From NCBI GenBank assembly GCA_036172245.1, contig JAYWIR010000011.1, positions 3,906,001-3,970,000 on the forward strand: DNA of 64,000 nucleotides, written 5' to 3'. The stretch is from Raillietiella orientalis. Lineage: Eukaryota. The notes beneath the pieces were generated by a model that worked only from the letters and a program-made list of their open reading frames with translations, did no database searches and was not told where the DNA came from. Made by a program: the position numbers and the translations under genes. Shown here piece after piece: positions 38,100 through 50,119 of this stretch. The stretch's first letter is position 1. Every line of letters begins with the position of its first letter.

Positions 38100-38520
38100 G
38101 AAAACAGTCTTCTCTTTGCGCGTATTGTGTCGTCTGCAGTAGAAGATCGCCCTGATCAGTACTGCAAGGCCAGGAGAGCACAGGAAAGCACAGACGGACA
38201 CGTCAGAAAGCAGGGGAAACGCCGAAACTGTTGGCGGTAGTCGCCGATTTCGGAAAGGCTCTCGACTTGCATAAACCAGGAACTCCTTCCGAAGCTCCTG
38301 GAACGCCTGAACCTTTCACAAATCTCCTTAATCACAAATCTTCCACATCCCTCCTCCAGAGGTCACCTTAGGACGCTGCCGTCATGGATGTCGCTTTTGC
38401 GGTGACCAGACAACGAGACAACCCGAATCCCACGCTGTTCAGCATCTTTTTCAATTTAGTGCGGGACGCAGGAGAGTAAACTCTGGAGACCCAGCTATCC
38501 TTCTGTCCCTGTACGCCGGC
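38100..38520 (-). mobile_element. L1/Tx1-like RT fragment (relative of 36400-37130)
   Basis: Same-orientation nucleotide similarity, e.g. CAGCATCTTTTTCAA vs CAGCATCTTCTCCAA and AAGCTCCTGGAACGC vs GAGCTCCTGGAACGC. Confidence 0.55.
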
Positions 38521-39309
38521 CAATGTCTTCCTTCTTCTGCACCCTACGTCGATCCCGGGGTCGCCTCAAGCTGCTTCGTCCGAAGAGAGGCATCAGCGCG
38601 AGCAAGACAGAATCGAATGACATTCCTGTAGGTGCGGTGCGGGCAGGGCAGACAAGGTGGATCCGCTTGGGAATCTCCGCGAACAGATGGGTGACATACT
38701 TTGTCGTGCCCCTGGGAAAGTTTTGCCCTGATGCAGTCTGGTTCGGTTACGTCCAGAAGACAGAGATGGCACTGGCCCGATGGCGAGCTTTGATTGCCGG
38801 AGTGGGCTTCGATTCGGAACATCTTCGCTTCCATCCTCCTCCGGTCCCTGCTATTTGTTTGCTTCCCTCCATAAAAGGCGTGGCATCACACCGACAGCCT
38901 CGTGTCGATCGCACTGAGGAATGCCACAAGGACTAAGGCTCGCATCAGAGCACTCGTGGTCCCACGAAGAGATGCAGGACTCGTCGTCCTCACTCTGCAA
39001 AGGACGCAGCTGCAACGCCACTTCAGAATGCGGCCCGGATCGGAGGAAATTGGGTGCGGCGTTGGCACCTGCCTCTGCGAGAGATGCTGAGAGCGGTGTG
39101 CCTTCCATCTCTCAGTCGAGGTCCGTATAAGTCTCTTGGGCTGCCACTTCAGCAGAGCGTCCCTCGGTTGAGACGGAAGGCACCACTGGATCTCGTGCCT
39201 CCTCCCCATGCAAACTGCAACGCACGGCGACTGAAGGCAGCCAGCAGCTGGAACCGCATCAAGAGAACCGACGCTAGTCCTATCTGCAGCCTGGGAGCAG
39301 TCTCCCTGG

Positions 39310-39765
39310 AGAGAGTGGGAAAAAGTCCTAGAGGTTCCTTTCCGGGTTTCCTTCGAAGAAGATGAAATGGAGAGAACCACTTCCCCTCCCGGGGGGTGTC
39401 CCTTCGGAGAGAATGAGGACGGAGATTCCCTTTTAGGTTCCCCTTCGGAGACAACCAGGGTGGGAGGTGCGATCCCACCCCACTCCGTGGGATCCTTCCC
39501 TAAGAGTGAGAGGAACGGACTCCGAGCCCTTCCTGGATTCATAGGGAGGATCCATCCCCCTCCCAGTGTGCCTTCTATCCTTAAGAATTACACGCTGCCC
39601 TGCGGGTTGTCGCAAGGAAGTGGCGTGGAAACATAACTGTGTTTAAAGAGCCATGTGCGACCGCCTATTGAGGTACTTAGCGAAAAAAAAAGAAAATCCA
39701 AAAAAAAATGAAAGGAATGAACAGCGAAGACAGAAGAAAAAGAACCCAAGGATTTTTATCATCCT
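39310..39765 (+). mobile_element. SINE copy S4 (body and A-rich segment)
   Basis: AGGAACGGACTCC..TTCCTGGATTCATAGG..TTACACGC and the end motif AAGGATTTTTATCATCC shared with other copies. Confidence 0.75.
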
Positions 39766-39790
39766 TGGATTTCCACATCCATTTTCCATC

Positions 39791-39990
39791 GCAATAGTCC
39801 CTTCGGTAGGGCACTTGGTGTCGAAGCGTTCGTGAGCTGGCCCGTGGTCCAACCACCTAATCCCTTCACTCTTCCACCGATCTCACATCGGAACTCCCAT
39901 TTGATCGGCTGGTTGCTGCCCAGGTGCTCCCTGAGAGAGAACAGTGCCGCGGCTGGAGAAGCTCTTTGAGCCCACGCACACGTGACGGGC
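39791..39990 (-). mobile_element. LINE-A ORF2 fragment
   Basis: SLREHLGSNQPIKWEFRCEIGGRVKGLGGWTTGQLTNASTPSALPKGLL, shared with 56090-56215, 42870-43060 and 61980-62160. Confidence 0.8.
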
Positions 39991-40029
39991 TGCACGATTA
40001 CTTTCTCCAGCGATCAGTTGTTATAGAAG

Positions 40030-40870
40030 GACTGCAGTAGTCGCTGCCGCATCTTCGGGCTCGCTTCGTTGTTCTTGGCCCACGTGCGGAGGATTTCCTG
40101 AACCAGGCATTATGGTCCGCGGGCAACCGTTCGCGGAACGGATTGGTGGTGCTCTCACCGCGTTCTGAGTTCCTTCGTACTCCTCTTCCCAGGTTGTGCC
40201 CTTCTCATGTAGGCGATGGCGATCAGAGGCCGCCTTAGGAGATGCCAGCCGTTCCCTTCTTCCTACAGTTTGGCAGTCGCCTTCGTGGCAGAAGACCGCT
40301 AGCGGCGAGGCGACCGGCGTGCACAGGGAAGTGGACCTCCGTCTAAGCAGGTCTTGGAGAGGGCGGTAGCAGCATGCGACCGGAGTGACCTACAGTGCGC
40401 TTCCACCCTTCAGCAGCCTTCATAATGCCGGCTGTACGAGCGAGAGAGATTCCGCTGTCCTGAGGTGGAGGCATTCCTTGGCCATCCTCCATGCTGAGGT
40501 GTGAGAGAGGTCCTCCTTTCGGGGAAATCTCCAGCAAGATGGCGGGAGACGAAGAGCTCGAGGGTGGAGGCACTGACCAGGAAGCACGGGATTTCGACTC
40601 TGTCCCAGGGGTTCTTTAAAGATACCATCCATCTCCAGGATGCTGAGCTAGGACTCTGGGAGTGTCCTCGTTCTCTTGCCGTGGGGCTTTCTATTGGCCA
40701 GTGGGCCAGTGGGACCTCAGAGTGACGGCAAGTCACCTCCCACGCTGCAGGAGAATTCTGTTGTTCCTCCCAATCTTTACGACGAAGTTACGAACGCATG
40801 GTGTCCTCGACGGTCGCACGTCAAGACCCAAGAAGTGAGTGAACATCGTCCTGTATCCCTAAAAGGAGGA
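40030..40870 (+). mobile_element. LINE ORF2 C-terminal fragment (family C)
   Basis: Inverted homolog of 2500-3040. Confidence 0.6.
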
Positions 40871-41289
40871 ATTCCGTCCCACCCTTACCCCCCCAGACGA
40901 CTGCTGGCGGTACCGGGTGAGTAGCGGTGCCGGCAAGAGTTGCCAGGTAGAAGCAACCGCAACAGTATCGCCATGGGTTGCTTCCACTTCTCAGGTGGAA
41001 GGAATGTATAGCTGACCAGCGGAAACCGCGGGAATGCTTACGTCTTGAAGGCCGTCTCCTAGAAGACTGGCACCTTGGAGACCGTCTGCTTCGTGCAGAT
41101 CTCGAAATTTGTAGTGTCAAGCGGATTTTCTTTCCTGGATGTTTTCGATCCCATCCTAGCGACGAATAAGATTAATGGCGATCTGTTTTGTTGCTGCTGC
41201 ATCCCGTTTTCCCAAGAATGAGATCCTGGACTCGCTAGGAGTTCGGCCGGAGGATCAGGGAAGATTCTCGGACGGAAAATTTGCAGAAA

Positions 41290-41341
41290 TAGGGATCTAG
41301 GATCGGCGGATTTGTGCGGATCCGCCGATCCTAGATCCCTA
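41290..41341. repeat. Perfect 22-bp-arm hairpin with TAGGG termini (hAT-like TIR pair)
   Basis: TAGGGATCTAGGATCGGCGGAT-TTGTGCGG-ATCCGCCGATCCTAGATCCCTA read directly. Confidence 0.9.
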
Positions 41342-41859
41342 AAATTGTGCGGATGAGAGTAACGATCCTGCGAATGGAAATATGGAAGAGTGCAAGAGCG
41401 GAGCCTGCGTTGCTTCACTCGGGCGAAGAAAAAGTCATCGGGCTCAAAGTGAAAGCAAAAGTTTTCTACATGGAAAGCAGACGGCAGGTGCGGCGTACGG
41501 ATAGGAAAGAGGAGGGATGTTGCAGTAAAAACGCAAAAACGAAACTGGCAGTCGAATAGACAAGCCCTACTTTTAGGCAAAAGGATCACATGGAGATCGT
41601 GAGATAGAACCTGCAGCAGGAATTTCACAAAAATTCCGAAATCCGAGGAGGGGAAATTCCTTGCGGTGAAGCCGAAGAAATAAAATTCAGGTACAGCTGA
41701 TCTGAATATCGTTCCGAAGCGCAGTCAGGAACTGCGATGACTTCTTCATGGGAAGCATCTTCTTATCCCACATTCCAAAAGGTTCCGGAAACCCAACAGA
41801 GACGGGATCTTGCATGAGTCGCTCGCAAGAAGCAGATTTCTCAGAGTCGCACCAGTCGC

Positions 41860-42070
41860 ACCGCCTGAAGCATTCGTCCAACATTGGCACACTCATTCCT
41901 TCGAAATTCATCCGGTAATGATTGAGGCCGGCCTAGAAGCCACTCGTCTATTCCGCTGCAACAGAATGAGGAAGGGATCGCAAGAAATTCCATCCTACAC
42001 GACGCCGGATAAAGTGCATCGCATTCCGCTCTTTACTGAAGATGCGGAACCTTCGATCCGGCAACACCAT
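41860..42070 (-). pseudogene. hAT-superfamily transposase C-terminal dimerisation domain remnant
   Basis: Minus strand YPASCRMEFLAIPSS/SVAAE*...AG...MSVPMLD, with frameshifts, corresponds to YP.L...A..LAIPASSVASERxFSxAG...LS...LE. Confidence 0.55.
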
Positions 42071-42134
42071 TCCCCACACATTCACACGCAGCCAAAAAGT
42101 GTCCTTCAGAACAGTCGGAGAGAAGGAGTAATTA

Positions 42135-43060
42135 TTATCATCCGGTCATGCTGAGGCATTTATTACGTAAAATAAGAAAAATACATTGGTGTGGTAGAAC
42201 CCTTGGTTCTGCTACTCTGCCGAAGAGCTGTACGCAGACCGGCGAGGTCCGCTTCGGCAGCATGGGAGAAGGGAAAACAGAACCAAAACAAGTAAACCCA
42301 CAAAACAGGGGAAGGAAAATTATACGCGGGGAAGGGGAGGAGAGACCTGGGAAGGGATCACGGTACGCTGCCAGGTGTCCTCTGCATCCTGTTCAGGATG
42401 CTGGCAAGTTCCTGTTTCAAAACTCCCAGGTAGGGTCATCTTGAACCGGTCCTCAGGAAGATCCGTGCCCAGTACATGGCGTTCCTACCATTCTGGCACC
42501 TTCTTCCACATTCCAGGCTGCTACGATTCCGCGGACGCAGAAGAGAGCTTCTAGGGACGCGGCTGACGACATTGGGGCATCACGTGAGAAGAGGCGTTTG
42601 AAAATGTCCCTGGGGCCACCCACCGAGACTCCTAGGATCGTTGCGAGGCGATCCCAAAGGGGTCGGAGAGCAGCACAGTCCACAAGCAGGTGTGAGAGGG
42701 ATTTTTGTTCCCCGAACCTGTGACAGTTCGGGATCGCCTTCCTCAGCGTCCAGTGATGTCGGTGAGGGTAACAGGGGAGACCCTAGCACAACAGCAGAAA
42801 TGCCGACACCTGCCATTTCAGGAGGGGGGTGCTGCTGTTCTTGAGCACTAGGAGATCACTCCAGGTCTTCGCTATGAATGTCGAGCAGCTTGCTCCAGTG
42901 CCGTAGTCCTCGTGGAAGGGTATTCAGGGTCGCAACATTCGCCTCCTGTCCTATGGTCCACCCATTTATCAACTTCCTCCTGCCTGCGATCGCGCAGAAT
43001 TCCCACCTCGGCGGCTGGCTGCTACGATTCGCCTCCCTCAGAGAGGGCAGAGCTGCGGCA
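42135..43060 (-). mobile_element. LINE-A (L1/Tx1-like) 3' end: ORF2 C-terminus with zinc finger and 3' UTR
   Basis: PNCHRFGEQKSLSHLLVDCAALRPLWDRLATILG...RGIVAAW. Terminus AATAAATGCCTCAGCATGACCGGATGATAATAA. Confidence 0.8.
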
Positions 43061-43069
43061 TGGGAGGGG

Positions 43070-43420
43070 TCCATGGTTGTCTCCGAAGGGGCCCTCCTCC
43101 TTATTCTCCCCGGAAAGATCCCTGTTTGTGGTATCACTCCTCATTTCTTCTCCAGAGCGAACCCGAAAAGGATCCGCTCCTTGTTTTTACTCCGAAGAAC
43201 CCCGAAGGAGTGCTTCCCAGTTTCTCTGAGGGGTCGCTCCCCGAAGAGAGTTGCTGCGACACTCTGGAGAGGCAGCCCCCGAGAACGATATCAACCAACT
43301 TCGTGATACGGCTCTATTTTTACAACCGAAAGGAAACTCCGAAGTGAAGAGAACCAGCTTCTTAATTCCTGGAAGGATCCCGGAGGGTCAACTTTCAAAT
43401 CACGGCCAGCCAACTGGGCA
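43070..43420 (-). mobile_element. SINE copy S5 (body only)
   Basis: About 4 minisatellite units plus TTAATTCCTGGAAGGATCCCGGAGGGTCAACTT shared with other copies. Confidence 0.75.
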
Positions 43421-43549
43421 TATAGCTCCTAGTAGGGAGCGCCAATGACAACTTGTAAGCCAACTGGCGTCTTCCTGCGGGAAGTACTCGAAACCAGCGA
43501 CGCACCCCAGTCATTGCTTTTGCAGTTTTCTTCAGCAGCCAGCGGCTTT

Positions 43550-44520
43550 TGCAGCTAGAAAAACTGCACAGACCTCAGAAAGCCGAACGTCTGGTGAGAT
43601 TGACTTCCGCCTTCCTTGAAGACTCTCCCTATCCCTTTGGGCTCATTCAACCCGTGAAGATTTTTTGCACTGTTGTTTCCCCGCAAAATTCACGAGCGAA
43701 AATTCTCGGAACAGTCCCACTGATCACAGAATCCTCAGAATGCAGCTTCCCAGGACGCAAGCTGAGGAATGGTTGCAACAGAGCAGCAACAGTTCAATAC
43801 CATATATTACTGAACAGTCCGTCTGAGAACCACAAGTGACAATAAAACAACCAAGGCGTGTTGCTGTCATGTTGAACTTGGCAGCATAAGTTTCCCACAG
43901 CACGCTAGACACGCTTCTGGTTGGGTGGTCTCTGCCGATGTGATCCTACGCCTGTACTCTGCCGGAGGCGATCTCGAATTTCCATCACTTTGTGGATCGC
44001 TCGCATGCTCTGACGAAATACTTCTTCAGCTGCTTGCGACTGGAACCGCGAGTCGCGGTATACGCTGTCCACGGGACATGGCAATTGACGTTGCCGAAGC
44101 TCCAAGAGTATGATCTGTTCCAACAGCCACGCGTCTGTCGTTTATCGACAACGATTGCGCAGACAAAGCTTTGAAGCAATAGATCCTCCAGAAGTACCTC
44201 CCAAGGACGAGCTTCCCATATCCGCCAGCCTAAAGATAGCTCTGTGAGATCGATCCCTCTCTGAGTCTTCGAGCTCTTGCAGTCTTGGAGTTTGGAAACT
44301 CTCTGCTGCCAAGTTCAACATGGAAGCAGCACGACGTGGAAGGAAGCGTCCCTCGGTGTCTGACCGCAGGGAAGGACTCCCCAAGTAAGATGGTTTCCTT
44401 TTCGAACACGCAGCCACATCCCGAAATTACTGTTTGTGAATTCTGGAATTCCGAGGACTCTTCGCGAGAGAGCGGGCACCGCGACCATCGAAACAAGACG
44501 CCTCCGACGAACATTGCGAC
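43550..44520 (-). mobile_element. APE endonuclease fragment
   Basis: TAYTATRGSSRKQLKKYF (VYAP...R..FF-like), TRLGCFIV (SRLDRF.V-like), CNHS (SDH-like). Confidence 0.5.
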
Positions 44521-45260
44521 CATCTCTCCAAACGAACGGAAATGACTTGCCTCTGCTCTTGAACTTATAGACCTTCCTGAGGACCTTCCCTCTTTGGCAC
44601 TAGACCACATGCCAACGATACTTCCTCCCTTTCTATCTGGACTCCCGATGCCGATGGTGACCTCAAGGTAATTGGGAAGCACCTCCTGTGCCACCCAAAA
44701 AAGAACACCTGCCTTCTGCAGAAGGATGACTTCGTGTGCGTGGATTGAAACACGTGACTGTGCTGAAGAATCACACTTGAAAGAACACCCGATAGCACCG
44801 GATCACGAGATTTCGAGAGTGTGTGAGCGGGTTGGCCGTTTCCAAGGCAGTCTGAAACCGCTGGGGTACATCTAGCTTTGCTTTGCAGCTCGCTAGGGCA
44901 TGAGAGCGCTACAGTATGAGCTCGCTTGACCGAAAAAAGGCCCCACGACAAAGAACAGGCATCCCTGCTCCCTGGAAACGATGGGGCGGCAAATGAAATG
45001 ATGCATAGCAGTCCGGCATAGGAAGCACCGGCTTAGGGATCCTGCCAGCGTTTTCGTTCCTGATGGGAGGGAGAAGGGGAAGAGGTCCTTCCTCCGATAC
45101 GCTTTTCCAAGGTAAACTCGCGATCGACCGCATCCTCACGGAGAGGTGATCGCAGGACTGCTTTGGAACAAAGTTTTCAGCAGCGACTCTTCCCAATGGA
45201 AGGCGCGTTCCCTCATAAAACGGAACCGTCAGCCATTAAGGGTCTTTCCATCTTAGGCAA
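44520..45260 (+). mobile_element. L1/Tx1-like RT domains 5-7/thumb fragment
   Basis: HANDT (YADD-like) at ~44610 followed by R*LG (KYLG-like). Confidence 0.4.
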
Positions 45261-45704
45261 ACATCATTTACTCCCCCCTAACCCCCCCCCCCTTTATGTC
45301 GCGAGTAAAACTTTGGCCCGTCGTCAACTCACAGAAATCAAAATGCCCTCCCTCAAAACGATGCCCACGTGCCTTTTTTTTTTTTTTTTTTTTTCCGGCT
45401 CGAAAATGTCGGATGCCGGGAAGCGTCCCTCGGAACGAAATGGGTTCTGTCCACTCATTCACAGGGAGCAAGAGTACCCGCCCTCTCCAATGCTTTATCT
45501 GGGAAGCAGCCATTCGTCTGTGCCGTAAACTTTTGAAACTTTGGAGGTTGCTTGAAGAATTGCTTTCACTGAGAGGGAAGCGCTCTCGTACACACGTGGC
45601 TCTGCCACCACCATCAATTACAGGATCGTCTTGCGTCGGAAATTGGCAACCCGAGGAAAAAGGATGCTGATCGATGCCTGAACAATTCGCTAAAAAGCGA
45701 ATCT

Positions 45705-46358
45705 CCTCTCTTCGTTCTCTGAGTGCTGAAGAACCGTTCGCCCTCTTAGGGCGGAGGTCGCAAAGCTCTTCAGTGCTGTCCATTCCGCCCAAGGATACGT
45801 ATAACTCCTCAAGTTAGGGGTAGCCATGGAGGGATCACCCAAAAAATCCAGGAAGGATTCCGAGAAAGGAGTCCATTCCTCTTAATCTTAGTAGGGAAGC
45901 CCTCCTCCTTATTCTCTCCGGAAGGACTCCTTGGAAAGGATCCGCTCCTTGTTGCTCCTCTGAAGAGAACCCCGGAGGGACGCCTCCAAATTTTCTGAAG
46001 GACGCTCCCCGAAGAAAGCAGCGCGCTCCTTACATTCTGGAGAAGTATCGATCCACCAGCTCCATGGTATGTTCCCTCCCCCCGAGGGGGTGGATGCTTC
46101 ATTTTCACAACCGGAAGAGGGAACCCGGAGGGAATCGGCTGCTTGATTCTTGGAAAGACCTTGGTTGACTTACGATCCCGGCGTGTCAACGAGGGCATCC
46201 GGCTTCCACCATCGCCGCGCCCAAAACCTCCAGACCAACCAGTGTCACCCTGCATGGGGGACTCGAAACCCACGACGCACTCCCCCGTTCCTGGAGTCGA
46301 TTCCATTTGAATTCGCTACGCCAGGTGCCGCGGGCGGAGGCCGTAGCCACACGGCCAC
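45705..46358 (-). mobile_element. SINE copy S6 with tRNA-like head
   Basis: Minus strand GTGGCCGTGTGGCTACGGCCTCCGC...GAATTCAAAT...GTGGGTTTCGAGTCCCC, then a body with about 2 minisatellite units. Confidence 0.8.
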
Positions 46359-47529
46359 GTTCATTCACCGGAGATTAAAAGAGATGGGAGCGTGACATCT
46401 GGGCAACGCACTCAAAGCTCCGGGTGTTTCCAAGTTTGCAAACACGCCGAACGTACAGCACCTGTGGTCGAAGAGTGCATTCTGGAGCATCAAAAGTCTC
46501 GAGGGCAGAGCTTTTGTTTTTGTTTGTTTTCTTGGATTAAAAAGAAAAGGAGGATTGTGAATGGAAGGACCCACGGGTCGCCACTGTCCTGCTGTCCATG
46601 GCAAGCAGCACCTTTTCATCCCGGGACCGATGAGAGCTGCTGCATCTGTCGCGGTTCGACTCCCGTTCTGCTTGCGCCAGTAGGGCGGTGGGCGTTCCTG
46701 GATCTGGCATTCCGAGCTACGGCGTTCCGGTCAGCTGGACCCTTCCCCAATTTGAAGTCCATTTGGGAAGTGGCTGGTTCATTTCGGTTCCCAGGGCCAT
46801 TCCAATTCTCCTGCTTCCTTCTGAAGATGGTGCCGAATATCTTGGAAAGACAAATAATGGGCAATAATGGGTACAGACTGGAACTAAAAGTAGACCTCGG
46901 CGCAAGGCAATACAACCGCGATTTTGAATGCGATGAGCTGAGAGACGGAGAGGAAGAGGAGGAGGAGAAGAAGGAGCGAAGGGTGTGCATTTCTGAATTT
47001 GCAAATTCGAAGCATTCGGAAAACGAAGCATCTGCAGCTTCCTGGGGCTGGTTCAGGGTTGGAGTTGGCAAGAACCCTGATCTGAAAAAAATGAAGCCTG
47101 TGAAGGCTGAGGAATCGAGAGAAGTGGCTATCGCTTGCTAAAAAGGGCACGCCATAGATGGATGATGGTCTGTCGTGAAACCATCTTGTGAAACTCGTTC
47201 GACCACTGAGATCCTTCATGAACCAGGACTCCGGGAGCAGACCCCAGAGAGCCTCGCTGCAGTTTTCGGAGCATCCTGTTTCTCTTCCCGTTCTCTCGGC
47301 AACCACTGTCCTGACCTCTTGCAGATGGGGTCACAACAGCAATCGATTCTGGAGAGCTACCCTTGGTCCTCTCTTTCAGATGTCTCCTCCCTCTCCCCTC
47401 TCGCTGTGCTGGGGCATCCCAAATTGGGAATACACCTCTGTTTGAAAGACTGAAATGATGACACAAAGAACACAAAGGTCCGCTCTCGATGAACCTGCGT
47501 TGTCAGGGAATTTCACTCAATTGGAATTT

Positions 47530-48690
47530 ATTTCACCCAGCGCCGGAGAGTTTATTATAAAAAAAAATATTTACAAAAAAAACAGCCATATAAAATATTA
47601 AAAAATATCTTTCTTCATAATGGCTTCTCATCACCACTGCGAAGGGAAACGCCTCGAAGCCTCTGCTGCCTCTCTTGAGCAGCTCTTCGATAAGGTCTGC
47701 ACATGAGCGAGGGAAAGGGTTAACAAAAACAAAAAAAAGCACAAAAGTTCAGTTCAAAAAATATCGGGGAGAAAGAGGGAAGGGATCACAGATTTCTTCC
47801 TGACGTCCTCAGGATGTTGGCAACTTCCTCCTTTTTTTGGCAGAGATGTGGATCTCCCATCGGCTTCCTTATGAAGCAGCAGACGATCGGGATGACCTCA
47901 CCGTTCGACTGGCCTCTTTCGGCGCGGCTTCTCGCCACCGCAATCCCCCGAAGGCAGCTAAGTGCCTCAAGAGCCGGCCGCGTGCCTCGCGGCGCACATG
48001 GGTCTCTAGCACTGTTCCACGCCACCTGCGGAGGGTGCGTGTAATTCTTCAGGATTGGGGGACCCCGGGAGGGAGGTCCGCCCTATGAATCCAGAAAGTG
48101 ATTGGAGTCCGTTCCTCTCACACTTGGGAAGGGATCCCTCGGGAGGGGGGGATCGCACCTCTCACCCTGATTGTCTTCGAAGGGGAATCCAAGAAGGAAT
48201 CTCCTTCCTCATTCTCTCCGGAGAGACACCCCCGAAAGGGGGTGGTCATCTCCATTCATCTCCTCCGAAGGGAATTCGGAAAGGATCCGCTAGTAGGAAT
48301 TTCTTCTACGGAAGGAACCTGCAAGGGAACCGCTCCTGTTCACTCCTCTGAAGAGAACCCCGAAGGGGCGCTTCCGAAATTCAAAAGGGGCGCTGCAGCT
48401 TCCCGCAGAGGGGTCGCTCTCGCTTGCTTCCTTGCACTCTCGAAGAGACGTAGACTCGGAGGGCCCCCCTCGCAACAGGGGGAGGGGCGCTCCTTTAAAC
48501 AACTGGAGAAGTGCTGTGTGAAGGCTCCTGCTCCATCTTGAAACCGGAGAGGTCCCCCCATTGAGGGAGGTCCGCTCTCCGTTGCACGATCGGAGGGGGA
48601 ACTCCCCACTCCTTGATTCCTGGAAGAACCCGAAGGTCGACTCCCATTGTTCCGGCCTTCGTCGGGGACCTCCGGTTTTAACCGCTACTG
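47530..48690 (-). mobile_element. SINE copy S7 (48690-48010) continuing into a LINE-A-type 3' end (48010-47530)
   Basis: Five ~42-bp units at ~48165-48370. Tail encodes LRGIAVA..PHL...LANILR and ends AATAAACTCTCCGGCGCTGGGTGAAATAAA. Confidence 0.75.
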
Positions 48691-50119
48691 GTGCCACGCC
48701 CGAATATTTCGGCCAGCCAGCGCCATTGCAGGAGAAAATCGGAACCTAAGGACGCAGCAACGTCAGTTTCTGCCGGAGTATTCGAACCCGTTTCCGACTC
48801 GGGCAAAAGAAGGCTGCAAGGGAAGCTGCCGGCGATTCAAGTCGCTAGTGAAAAGGCGCCGCAGGACCTCTCTGGCGTTGTCCATCGGGAGCGGGAGGGC
48901 CAAAGTGAAGAGCTCCCAGACACTCAGGAGAGCAACACAAGCCAACAACAGGTGCGGGAAGACTTCCCGTTCCCGAACCTGGCACTGTTTGGGGTTGCAC
49001 TCCCTCTTGTCCAGCTGTGGACTCATGCGTTGCATGGTGATTCGCCCATTGCAAAAACTGCAATCCCGAGTCCTGCCAATTCAGGGGAAGAGTAGAGCTG
49101 CCCACGAATATCCACCCATCTTTCAGGTTCTCTGCGGAACAAGCCTTGTTCTTTAGGGTACTTCGATGAATTACCAGTGGTAGTTCGATTGCGTGTTGGT
49201 ATGCAGCGAACGACCGGCCCGGTGCTGTTCATCCTGAAACTGAGTTGCAGAATTCCAAGAAACATGAAGCCCCGCAATCACATACTGCATCATTTTACGG
49301 GACCGAACTTTTGGATGATCCCACAGATCCTTTAACATCGTTCCGTGAATCAGCATCATTTGTGTGTATATGTGTGTGTCAATTTCATTCTCTGTGATAC
49401 ACTGAATACCAGAAATGCCATTTGTTACCTTCAGTGACGAACTCCAGATGTCAACATTGCGGACATAAGGACACCCATTCGCCCATCCCTTATTCGCCCA
49501 TCTAGTGCTGCGATCTGCAAGAAGGATGGAAATAACATAGCCTGTCCCTTCCACACCTTGGCCAGGAAGACCCGTTCGACGGTCTCTCGAAGGCGGCTGC
49601 GACCCTGCTAGCGCTCTGCCCACGTGCTGTAGCGGTACCATGGCGCTTGAAAGACGATCAGGAGCGAAAGGTCGAAGCCCTCCAGGCATGCAAAGTACTG
49701 CTGCTTACGGCGCACAGGAGGCACATCTGGAGAGGAAGGAACACGAGGAACTGGAAAGATACACCAGCTGATTGCCACACGCCGAAATCCCAGTCACATC
49801 CCTCGCAAGGCTCCCATCCCTTTCCTTCTCCCTCATAGGATTCCCTGAACTGACTGAACTGACTGGCTGACTTTTCCTCCCACTGGAATAAGAAAACTAT
49901 GTTTAGTTTTAGTTACATGTTTTCTTTTTAAGCGTAAGTAAACGTCCCTGCGCATCCGGGTATGAACACATGGAGTCTCTCAGGATTCGCAGTACCCTCT
50001 GGATAGACAGAGGCGGATTTTTCTAAAGGTCTTCGAATAATAGCACTTCTAGAGAGAAAGTAAGCATTATGTCCAGGACAGTACTATAAGCATGTTTAGA
50101 TAGATGAACAAGTGCAGAT

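Noticed and set aside
46392..47141. 249-aa ORF with an acidic EEEEEEKKE stretch as a host exon
   Set aside because: No domain similarity recognised and no convincing splice or codon evidence. It stays unassigned.
48160..48375. CRISPR-like array
   Set aside because: Units are contiguous and degenerate with no unique spacers or cas genes. This is a SINE-internal minisatellite in eukaryotic DNA.
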